Source of the DNA: Octopus sinensis
Lineage: Eukaryota
Direction of reading: 5' to 3'
Length of the DNA: 64,000 nt
Assembly: GCF_006345805.1 (NCBI RefSeq)
Contig: NC_042997.1
Span: 126,356,001 to 126,420,000, forward strand
In this document: in pieces, positions 51,251-61,816 of the stretch
Numbering within the stretch: position 1 is the stretch's first letter
How the letters are laid out: the number at the start of each line of letters is the position of its first letter
Notes under the pieces: generated by a model
Database searches by the model: none
Told to the model about the DNA's origin: nothing
What the model saw: only the letters and a program-made list of their open reading frames with translations
Made by a program: the position numbers and the translations under genes

Positions 51251-51403
51251 ATCATCATCATCATCGTTTAACGTCCATTCTCCATGCTAGCATGGGTTGG
51301 ACGTATTAATAAATAATAATAATAATAATATAATATAAAATATAATAATAATAATTATCATCATCATATAATATAATATATTATGTATATATATATAATA
51401 TAT

Positions 51404-51458
<55 letters not shown>

Positions 51459-51690
51459 GTATATATATATATATGTTTATTTGGTCATTGTTTAATGTTT
51501 TGTATGAAAATCTCACCATTGATAATGGGAAAAATATGTTCTCCCCAATCAATTAATTAATCACTTAATCTACTTTCATTATTTTCCATTTTTCCTCAAC
51601 TAATTACATAATTCCATTTTGCAGATAGTTTTTATGTTTGCAACCATTGTCACCAATGTTGCACTGACTCTCTGTTTCTCTTCCTTGCAG

Positions 51691-51766
51691 CCAACTAACC
51701 TTCTTTTAAATGTGATGATTTCTGAAGCCACAATTGATGTACCACGCAAGAACTTTAGAATCAAGG
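51691..51766 (+). CDS. BAIAP3: Internal coding exon (76 nt, phase 0/1) of the same Munc13-4-family gene; start of C2A domain, PTNLLLNVMISEATIDVPRKNFRIK(G)
   Basis: Branch-like CTGAC at 51664, pyrimidine tract ctctctgtttctcttccttgcag|CCA, donor AAGG|gtaaga. Open reading; P-x-x-x-L-x-V-x-I-x-E-A is a C2 beta-1 pattern (cf. [44 protein letters not shown]). It ends in a phase-1 split codon like the human exon and joins in frame to exon 13255-13314. Confidence 0.78.
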
Positions 51767-51804
51767 GTAAGAAAGGCTATCGCAAATGATGTTTTATTGT
51801 TTTT

Positions 51805-52010
51805 TAATCTTTTGCTTGCTTCAGTCATTGGACTGTGGCCATGCTGGGGCACTGCCTTGAAGGGTTTTAGTTGAATAGCTAAACTCCAGTGCTTGTTTTT
51901 TTTTTTTTAACCTAGCACTTATTCTGTTGTCTCTCCTTTGGCTGAACTGCAAAGTTATGAGGATGTAAGCCTATCACTACTGGTTACCATGAGTGTGTAT
52001 GTATGTGGTG
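51805..52010 (-). mobile_element. Family A SINE, 3' part, starting about 40 bp after the exon donor
   Basis: cttgcttcagtcattggactgtggccatgctggggcac...gaactgcaaagttatgaggatgtaagc. Confidence 0.75.
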
Positions 52011-52028
52011 TCTGTTATATATATATAT

Positions 52029-52101
<73 letters not shown>

Positions 52102-52162
52102 ATATAAAGTAGTAAATAAATGGCACAACTAAGTACCGATATTTACTGGAAATAGCGAATGT

Positions 52163-52340
52163 ATAGGCGCAGGAGTGGCTGTGTGGTAAGTAGCTTGCTA
52201 ACCAACCACATGGTTCCGGGTTCAGTCCCACTGCGTGGCATCTTGGGCAAGTGTCTTCTGCTATAGCCCCGGGCCGACCAATGCCTTGTGAGTGGATTTG
52301 GTAGACGGAAACTGAAGAAGCCTGTCGTATATATGTTATG

Positions 52341-52371
<31 letters not shown>

Positions 52372-52602
52372 TTTGTGTGTCTGTGTTTGTCCCCCTAGCA
52401 TTGCTTGACAACCGATGCTGGTGTGTTTATGTCCCCGTCACTTAGCGGTTCGGCAAAGAGACCGATAGAATAAGTACTGGGCTTACAAAGAATAGTCCTG
52501 GGGTCGATTTGCTCGACTAAAGGTGTGTGTGCTCCAGCATGGCCGCAGTCAAATGACTGAAACAAGTAAAAAGAGTAAAAAGAGAGAGAGTAAAGAGTAA
52601 AA
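52163..52602 (+). mobile_element. Family A CORE-type SINE, full length, near consensus
   Basis: ataggcgcaggagtggctgtgtggtaagtagc...ggttccgggttcagtccc, CORE-like atcttgggcaagtgtc, internal (TA/TG)n, (AGAGTAA)n tail. Confidence 0.92.
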
Positions 52603-52669
52603 ATACATATCTTGTAAAATCTGAAACCTGCAGGTCCCACATTATCCTTTTCCGGGTATTTCATCTTTC

Positions 52670-52769
52670 NNNNNNNNNNNNNNNNNNNNNNNNNNNNNNN
52701 NNNNNNNNNNNNNNNNNNNNNNNNNNNNNNNNNNNNNNNNNNNNNNNNNNNNNNNNNNNNNNNNNNNNN
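52670..52769. other. Assembly gap (100 N)
   Basis: Run of exactly 100 N, the usual placeholder for a gap of unknown size. Confidence 0.99.
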
Positions 52770-52877
52770 AACGGCTACGAAAAAATGTGTGTTTTTTTTT
52801 TTATGTGTCACTGCACAAGTGCGTAAGGCGGGGACATGGTATAAGTAAGGCGACGCTGATATATGTATATATATATT

Positions 52878-53111
52878 TCTACTTTCTTTTACCTGTTTCA
52901 GTCATCAGACTGTGACCATGCTGGGACAATACTGTCTTGAAGAATGTTAGTTGAATGAATCTACCCCACCACTTATTTTTACTTTTCAAGGATTGGTACT
53001 TATTCTATCAGTTTCTTTTGCCAAACCGCTAAGTTATGGGAATGTAAACACACCATTCCATTGGTTGTCAAGTGATGCTGGGGGCAAATACAAACACAAA
53101 GACACACACAC

Positions 53112-53150
<39 letters not shown>

Positions 53151-53320
53151 CACACACACGATGGACATCATTCAATTTCTATCCACGAAGTCCTCTCACA
53201 AGGCTTTGGTTGGCCCAAGGCTAAAGCACAAAGTTTCTTGCCCAAGGTGCTGCACAATGGCACTGAATCCAGAACTATGTGGTTAAGAAGCAAGCTTCTT
53301 ACCACACAGCCACACCTATA
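52878..53320 (-). mobile_element. Family A CORE-type SINE
   Basis: Tail, body and head present. Confidence 0.85.
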
Positions 53321-53379
53321 TATAAAGAAGAACGGATGATCTTAGTGTTAACACTGAGCCATGTTTATAGAAACAAATG

Positions 53380-55380
53380 GAATCTTGGTTCTAAATGTAG
53401 TTTTTGTCAATATAAGCGTGAATAATTGAAATGTCCTGCATTTTCGGGCAGCATGTAAATGGCTATAAAAATGCCGAGGCAACTGAAGAAATTGAAAATG
53501 AAGACTCTGCAAGTTTTTATGAAATTGGCATATGGCATATATTTGGAAGCCAATAACTTATTCCTTTATTACAATTTTGATGACATTAGCAACAATGCTA
53601 GCAGTTGTGTATGGTAATAAAACCATCCTCCTCCTCCTCCTCCTCATCATCATCATCCTCATTATCATCATCATCATCATCATCATTGTCATTTTCATTA
53701 TCATCATCTTCATTGTCGTTTTCATCATCATCATCATCAATCATTGTTGTCATTTTTGTCATCGTCCTCATCATCATTTAACATCCGACAGGATCCAATA
53801 GGTCAAAGGACTGCATTGTGCTCTAGTGCCTAATTTGGTTCATCCAGCTGGATGCTCTCCCTAACATCAAACACTTTACAGAATGTTTTGAGTGCCTTTT
53901 TATAGCATCTAAGCCAGGAGGTTGCCATGCAGCTTGCAGAGCTAAAAACTCTGAAAGAGGCAGCTTTATATGTAGAAATAAGGGGTTAAAGTATGAGAGA
54001 AAGGGTTAGAGAAGAACAGGTTTTTTGCTGTAGAAGAGCTATGTGATTACTCACATTTTAGCAGAGAAGGCGAAGTGAATGGGTGGAGCTGGAAAGAGAT
54101 GAAAAATATGCTAATTCTACATCTTCAGAATGGATTGAAATTCCATGGCTTTTTTGAAATATACAGTGAAAATATATCCACTGACGTTGAACTGGATCAA
54201 ATTGAAATTTATTTCAAATTAAATAATATTGTTACAAAACTCCTCTTATGGACCTTTAGAACCAGAAACTAAGGTGGGAATTGTTTCCAAGTACCATCTT
54301 GTGATGCTTTTATTCTGTTGCACCTGAACTGAATATTTATGGTCAATCCAAAAAAATTTTTTGTTTTCAAGTTCTGGTCATCCTCAGATGTCAGACCGTA
54401 AAGCAAATTCATGAACTTGTCCACTTTCCTAGCATTTAGTGTTCTGCTGATGATCAATGTAAAGATGGTTGGTCCTAGGAATTTCCATATAAATGAAACA
54501 AAGATGACATCTGAACCTGGTGTGACAACTTAACTCAGGTGATAGGTAAATCTTGAAGGTGTTGCTTTTGGAAAACAGTTAAATGAAATGTTTTCCAAGG
54601 AATTTCAACAAAGAGATTTTATTCATGACAACTAGATTTACAAGATATTAAAGAACATGTTTAGTCAAGTGATTTATTTTCTCATAAATCAGGTTTATCA
54701 ACACCAGCAAAGCCAGTGGTCCAGATTTATAATGCCATAAAAGTGGTCGCCTTAACAACTGACCAATGTCAGTGAAAAGTCTATATCAGGAACACTTTCA
54801 CAAGACAGCCATCCTGTTCTATATTTGTCAAGAACATTAAACACAGCTAAAACAAGATTCTCATATATTGAAAAGGAAGCCTTGGTGATTGTATGATGTA
54901 CTCGAAGAGCACAACATTTTCTGCTTGGCTGAAAATTTAAATTGGTCTCAGCTTATAGGCCACTAGAATTTATTTTTAGCAAAAATTCTGGTTTTCTGAA
55001 AGTAGAGTCTGCACGTCTTTAAGATAGGTCTTACAAATGACAGCATTTGACCGTAAAATATGTTATTTAAAGGGATTTCAAATAGCACAAGTTGATTTAC
55101 TATCATAGCAGGAATTAATTATTGATGTTGGCTTGGATGAACATAATAATAACGAAGGATGATGACTCTTTCATCCAGCTTGTAAAGACTGGTGTTATGA
55201 AATGTGAAAATATAAAGTTGGACACTGTCAATGATAATATTTTTATCTGATGTATGTAAAAGTATTTTTAATAATAATTGGAGGAATTATCTTGTTGTTG
55301 GAAAGTTATTTAAGTCATTGAAAACTAAGTTAACAGATGAAGATGGTAACTTGAGTAAATGGAAAATGAAATGGTCAAGC
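53380..55380 (+). mobile_element. Ty3/Gypsy LTR retrotransposon remnant (gag knuckle to RNase H), interrupted by microsatellite and an RTE 3' end (about 53620-54050)
   Basis: KCSFC...KCPAF at about 53390-53450; RNase H GTLSQDSHPVLYLSRTLNTAKTRFSYIEKEALVIV...FLLG.KF.L...RPLEFIF...SARL at 54790-55020. Confidence 0.8.
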
Positions 55381-55443
55381 AATTAGTTGAGAATATTAAT
55401 GACAAAATCTGTGTATGAAGTTGAACATGGTGGCACAACAATG

Positions 55444-55475
55444 ACAAGAAGAAGAAGAAGAAGAAGAAGAAGAAG

Positions 55476-55506
<31 letters not shown>

Positions 55507-55571
55507 GGAAGAAGAAGAAGAAGTGGAAGAAGAAGAAGAAGAAGAAGAAGAAGAAGAAGAAGAAGAAGAAG

Positions 55572-55602
<31 letters not shown>

Positions 55603-55675
55603 GGAAGAAGAAGAAGAGAATGGAAGAAGAAGAAGAAGAAGAAGAAGAAGAAAAGAAGAAGAAGAAGAAGAAGAA
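55444..55675. repeat. (AAG)n microsatellite
   Basis: Seen directly; source of the poly-R/K ORF. Confidence 0.97.
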
Positions 55676-55814
55676 ATTGGTTGAAATTAAAATATGGTGG
55701 CTAGCTCATAGTAGAGTTGTGGAATCGTTCTTGCAAGACCATTGTAGATACCATTTCAAAGTTTCCTTGCATGTAGTAAACTTCCTAAAATGTTAAAAGA
55801 AGGTATACTATGGC

Positions 55815-56660
55815 CTGTCCATAAAAGAGGAAGTAGAGCAGATACTAAAAATTACAGGTTTATCTCTCTGATCTCCCCCAGGGAATTATACTGCGACCTC
55901 TACTGTTTGTTGTGGTTTTCTCAAGCATGCCCTCAGCTGTACAGTCAGCTGCTCTCTCCGTGCTGATGATACAAAAGCATCATGGGTAGTCAAGGACTCT
56001 GATGATGTCCTAAAACTGCAGAAAGATCTGAATGGAATATATAAGTGGGTTGATGAAAATAACATACAGTTCAATGATAAGTTTTAAGCTCTTCATTATC
56101 AGTCTACAAACAAGCTTCAATAAGCTCTCACAGGACCAGGAGCTACTACAATCCCAGAGTTACAGTTAGTGCATGATTTGGGAATCCACATGAGTAATGT
56201 GGCAACATTTCATGTGTATATTACCAAGATGGCAGTACTGTGCAGGTAAGTTTCTAGCTGGATTCTGAGATCTTTTAGAACCAGGAAAAAGGACACCATG
56301 CTACTCATATGGAGAACTTTCGTTCTCAGTCATCTGGTTTACTGTGCCTAACTGTGGTCACTGCAGAGTGTCAAACTAGTGGTAGAACTCAAGGCAATCA
56401 AGTGCCACTACTCAAAGAAGATTGACTTGGTGCAACAGATGAGCTACTGGTAAAGATTAAAGGAACTGAAGCTCTATTCCATAGAGAGAAGATGTGAAAG
56501 ATATGCAGTGATACACATATGAAAGGGTACATGACTATTCAACTTTCTACCAAACAACCTCAGAAATTTTGAGGCATAGATGTAGAGATCTTCAAAGAAT
56601 GTTTGGACAAATTTTTTTCTGAGATATTAGATGGCTGGAGGAACAAAGAAGAGCAACTTT
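55815..56660 (+). mobile_element. CR1-clade LINE RT remnant with internal deletion
   Basis: PVHKRGSRADTKNYR...PQGIILRPLLF...ADDTK...LQKDLNGIYKWVDENNIQFN...DLGIHM...WILRSFRTR...RLKELKLYSIERRCERY. Confidence 0.85.
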
Positions 56661-56861
56661 GTCTAACTCACTACTCCACCAGAAGTAATAGGGAAAAGAA
56701 ACCCAATCACACAAAAAATCACACCTTAAAACCATAATAATATTATAACAGAGATGTACTTGCATAGCAAGTGATTTGATCTGAGATTGTGTGCTGAAAC
56801 CCAAACAATTGCAGCGTGGAAGGTATTTGTAAGCCATTTAAGAAACACACAAAAGCCGTTC

Positions 56862-57032
56862 GATTCACTTCAACATTTAAGTTTAATTTGTCAAAATATT
56901 TTCGTCGCTTTAAGACCGCGACCTGTTCACTGACAAAAATCCGTGCTGCATGGATTTTTGTCAGTGAACAGGTCGCAGTCTTAAAGCCACGAAAATATTT
57001 TGACAAATTCAATTTAAATGTTGAAGTGAATC
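56862..57032. repeat. 171-bp near-perfect palindrome (foldback)
   Basis: gattcacttcaacatttaa...ctgttcactgacaaaaatcc | ggatttttgtcagtgaacagg...ttaaatgttgaagtgaatc. Confidence 0.95.
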
Positions 57033-57069
57033 TAATATTATAACATTTATTGACATAATGAATTATTTA

Positions 57070-57200
57070 GTCACATGAGCGCCATTTCGATGGATAACTT
57101 CAGAAACCTTATTAGTCATGGAATCTGTCAATTTCTTAATGGTAGAAAGTTGGACTGCTTCGGCTGCAGCTTTGATGGTCGCCCATATGACTTCTGCTAT
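57070..57200 (-). mobile_element. Tc1-like transposase C-terminal relic
   Basis: Minus strand WATIKAAAEAVQLSTIKKLTDSMTNKVSEVIHRNGAHVTK* (cf. Tc1 I..LV.SM..R...VI...GG.T.Y). Confidence 0.6.
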
Positions 57201-57229
57201 CCCTGTCTACTGTCCTACACAGTACCCTA

Positions 57230-57840
57230 TACGATCTCGACAACCCGATGCAATTGCTCCTTGTCCACGTTGGTGCATTTAAGTGGTCAAGTCAGTACCT
57301 GTCAGACAGTTGAAACCATCTGAGCAGGCCTCTGAGACATCTGCATCCCCGTCTATTCTTATCTCCGCTCATGTAGTCTACATGTGTGTCCAAGGTAGCA
57401 TTCCAATTCCCCACTAAAAGTAAGGGACAAGATGTTCCCAGGAATACTTCTAGACATCGAAAGAAGTCCTGTTGACCTGTTAAAGGCAGTGTGTAGACTG
57501 ATGATTTTGCAGCCATAAAGGGCTTAGCTCCATGGACAACATGTCAGAGTCTAAAGCTGAAGTCATATAATTCTTCAACTCTGTGAGGTAGGAATCCATT
57601 AGTCAGTAAGTAAATAAAGAACAAACAATCTGGGTCAGCAAGGATGGGTTATCTCCCTTAGACCAGTTTATCTGGGTCAACACTGGGGGAACTGGGCATT
57701 TTGCCTTTAGGTTGCTTTTAGCTCGTAAGGACATTTTTGAATCTAATCAATGAACGGGGAATCCCATGCTTGCAGCAGGTAGCATTTGAGATGGTTGCAG
57801 GGGCTTTTGCTGAGAGTTCAGTAATCCCAGATATATGATA
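57230..57840 (-). mobile_element. L1/Tx1-like APE endonuclease remnant
   Basis: VYTLP...QDFFRCLEVFLGTSCPLLLVGNWNATLD...LRGLLRWFQLSDRY. Confidence 0.65.
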
Positions 57841-57846
57841 CACTGA

Positions 57847-57892
<46 letters not shown>

Positions 57893-58459
57893 ATATAATA
57901 TAATAAATATAAGAGAGTGGTCACTATATTGCTCACTCTAGCATTAATTATATATATATATACATATTTACTGTGCACAATATATGGATTTATCTAATCT
58001 GGTGATAATCATAACAAAACTCCTTTAACGTATCAGGTAACAAACTACATTGTAAACCAATACATATGTTTGTAATGTAGAGTCCTTTGCAGTTGAAATC
58101 CAGTAAATCTGATCAGTGTTGATTATTTCATGAGGAGTATATAGAATATATAGAAAGTCAGGAGGTATGAGATAAATATATTTATTTCAGCAGTTGATAT
58201 CCATAAGATGACAGTCATTTCACAGCCAACATCATGCATTAGCTTGCAAAATGTACAATAGTATTATGTAATTTATAACATACACGCTAGTGCAGACATG
58301 TAAAATAATTCATTATAGACTAAAATTTAGTTATTTTTCCAAAATGTTGAATGTGAAATGATCATCATCTTATGGATATTAACGAGTGAAAAAAATTTTT
58401 CATCTCAAATCTCCTCAATAAGCAATACAACATTCCTTTTTCTTCCTGAGATAACAAAA

Positions 58460-58730
58460 CATCAGAATGCAGGACCGGGTGCTTGTCCTGCTTCTGTTCA
58501 AAGATTTGGGCGACGTTGACTCCGACATCGGCACCAACTCTGTGCAGGCATGAATGCATGCTGGCAAAATGCCACCTGTCTAAATGAAGACCTTACCTGT
58601 CATTGTGGTTTTGTGGCATGGAGCAAAGCAGGCCTTGCTGTTCACTCAAGAAAACACGAAGTAAATGAGCCACAAGCACTTGAGCAGACTGAGTCCTCAA
58701 CTTGTTCGTTCCATTGAACATGATTACCAC
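58460..58730 (+). mobile_element. 3' end of an RTE-like LINE with C-terminal C2H2 finger
   Basis: QDR...ASVQRF...NATCLNEDLTCHCGFVAWSKAGLAVHSRKHE, with an upstream frameshift and stop. Confidence 0.6.
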
Positions 58731-58794
58731 TATTTTACTGAACCCTCATTTATCATTCACAATGAGAGGATCCTTATATATATATATATATATA

Positions 58795-59114
58795 TGGAGG
58801 CGCAATAGCCCAGTGGTTAGGGCAGCAGACTCACAGTTGGAGGATTGCGGTTTCGATTCCCAGACCGGGCTTTGTCTGTGTTTATTGAGTGAAAACACCT
58901 AAAACTTTATGAGGCTTCGCCAGGGTGTGGTAGCGACCCCTGTAATACTTTTTCGCCCCAACTTTCTCTCACTCTTTCTTCCTGTTTCTTGAGTAACGCT
59001 GCGATGGAGTGGCGTCCCGTCTAGCTGGGGTGGGGGGAACACATACGCCACAGAAACTGGGAAACTGGGCCCATGAGCCTGGCTAGGCTTGAAAAGGGCA
59101 CATAAATAAAATAA
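58795..59114 (+). mobile_element. Family D tRNA-derived SINE, full length
   Basis: tggaggcgcaatagcccagtggttagggcagc...ggtttcgattccc...gctgcgatggagtggcgtcccgtc...(taaa)n. Confidence 0.85.
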
Positions 59115-59151
59115 TATATATATATGTATATGTGTGTGTGTGTGTGTGTAT

Positions 59152-60205
59152 TATATATACATATATACGTATGTATATACACAGATGTATATATTTATAT
59201 ATATATTTGTGTATATATTTGTGTATATATTTGTGTATATATGTATATGTATATGTGTGAATGTCTTTGTGTTTCTGTTGCTCCCTGCCACTGCTTGTCA
59301 AATGGTGTTGGTTGGTTTACATCCCTGTAATTTTAGCTATTCAGCAAAAGAGACTGTTTGTATAAGTGCCAGACTTGAAAAAAAAATATACATTGAGATC
59401 GATTTGCTTGACTAAACTCTGCAAGGTAGTGCTCCAGCATGGCCATAGACAAACGACTGAAAAAAGTAAAAGATAAATGGCAAAGACATGTTGGAGAATA
59501 CTGTCTAACATGTTTAGCCTTTTCTAAAAAGTTGGAGTGTGATTTGAGTGAAATTTGGTTGCTATTTCTAGCAGATTAAGTAAGCATACAAAGACTCAGT
59601 CATTCCAGACGAATAGAGATAGTTTAGTTGGACATTACTACAATGCAGTGCTCCAGCATGGCTATAGACAAACGACTGAAATGAGTAAAAGATAAATGTC
59701 ACAGACATGGAGGAGAATTCTGTCTAACACGTTTAGTCTTTTCTAAAAAGATGGAGTGTGGTTTGAGTGAAATTTGGCTGCTATTTCTAGCAGATTAAGT
59801 AAGCATACAAAGACTCAGTCATTACAAACGAATAGAGATAGCTTAGTTGGACATTTACTGTATTTGATGAGAGTTTACAATTTAACAAGCCATGTTCACT
59901 TCTCTGATCTAAAAACATTATTGACTCCATATAAAATTATACCTGAGAAATCAGAGTGGATTTTGACTAAATTCTTCCTTAATTCTTGACACAGTAATTT
60001 GGCCAGGAGTCATTATGTCCATTATCTTTAGAATTCTATGTAATATGAAGGATGACAGCTGTAATCTTAGCTTCCGGTCTAGAAGAAATGCTGCCATTTT
60101 CGGGTGTTTAGTTCCTGAGAGATTACAAGAATAATTCTTAGTGGATTTATTATTTACTTAATAGCAAATTGTTCCTGTTTGTGCATTTCAATAGCAGTGT
60201 GTGAG

Positions 60206-60238
<33 letters not shown>

Positions 60239-60301
60239 CTGTGTGTGTGCATGTGTGTGTGTGCGAGTGTGTGTTTGCTTGCATGTATATATGTGTCTGA
60301 T

Positions 60302-60360
<59 letters not shown>

Positions 60361-61516
60361 CATATATACATATATATATATATATACATATATACGTATG
60401 TATATACACAGATGTATATATTTATATATATATTTGTGTATATATTTGTGTATATATTTGTGTATATATGTATATGTATATGTGTGAATGTCTTTGTGTT
60501 TCTGTTGCTCCCTGCCACTGCTTGTCAAATGGTGTTGGTTGGTTTACATCCCTGTAATTTTAGCTATTCAGCAAAAGAGACTGTTTGTATAAGTGCCAGA
60601 CTTGAAAAAAAAATATACATTGAGATCGATTTGCTTGACTAAACTCTGCAAGGTAGTGCTCCAGCATGGCCATAGACAAACGACTGAAAAAAGTAAAAGA
60701 TAAATGGCAAAGACATGTTGGAGAATACTGTCTAACATGTTTAGCCTTTTCTAAAAAGTTGGAGTGTGATTTGAGTGAAATTTGGTTGCTATTTCTAGCA
60801 GATTAAGTAAGCATACAAAGACTCAGTCATTCCAGACGAATAGAGATAGTTTAGTTGGACATTACTACAATGCAGTGCTCCAGCATGGCTATAGACAAAC
60901 GACTGAAATGAGTAAAAGATAAATGTCACAGACATGGAGGAGAATTCTGTCTAACACGTTTAGTCTTTTCTAAAAAGATGGAGTGTGGTTTGAGTGAAAT
61001 TTGGCTGCTATTTCTAGCAGATTAAGTAAGCATACAAAGACTCAGTCATTACAAACGAATAGAGATAGCTTAGTTGGACATTTACTGTATTTGATGAGAG
61101 TTTACAATTTAACAAGCCATGTTCACTTCTCTGATCTAAAAACATTATTGACTCCATATAAAATTATACCTGAGAAATCAGAGTGGATTTTGACTAAATT
61201 CTTCCTTAATTCTTGACACAGTAATTTGGCCAGGAGTCATTATGTCCATTATCTTTAGAATTCTATGTAATATGAAGGATGACAGCTGTAATCTTAGCTT
61301 CCGGTCTAGAAGAAATGCTGCCATTTTCGGGTGTTTAGTTCCTGAGAGATTACAAGAATAATTCTTAGTGGATTTATTATTTACTTAATAGCAAATTGTT
61401 CCTGTTTGTGCATTTCAATAGCAGTGTGTGAGCGTTTGTGTGTGTGTGTGTGTGTGTGTCTGTGTGTGTGCATGTGTGTGTGTGCGAGTGTGTGTTTGCT
61501 TGCATGTATATATGTG

Positions 61517-61533
<17 letters not shown>
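59152..61533 (+). repeat. Near-identical tandem duplication, period 1227 bp (59152-60312 and 60379-61533)
   Basis: Identical ORFs at 59774 and 61001; the only difference I could see is a (GT)n tract 6 nt shorter in copy 2. Each copy holds a family A SINE 3' half and a 219-bp internal duplication. Confidence 0.95.
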
Positions 61534-61567
<34 letters not shown>

Positions 61568-61660
61568 TACATATATACATATATATATATATACATATAT
61601 ACATATATACATATATACATATATATATATACATATATATATCTACATATGTATGAATAC

Positions 61661-61728
<68 letters not shown>

Positions 61729-61771
61729 TGTATATATATAGTATATATGTATATATACACACACATATAAA

Positions 61772-61816
<45 letters not shown>

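Noticed and set aside
58365-58559. Minus-strand 64-aa ORF with plausible composition and a nearby AG|GTAAGG donor
   Set aside because: It is antisense to an RTE-like C-terminus with a recognisable zinc finger, and I recognise no homology or coherent exon boundaries.
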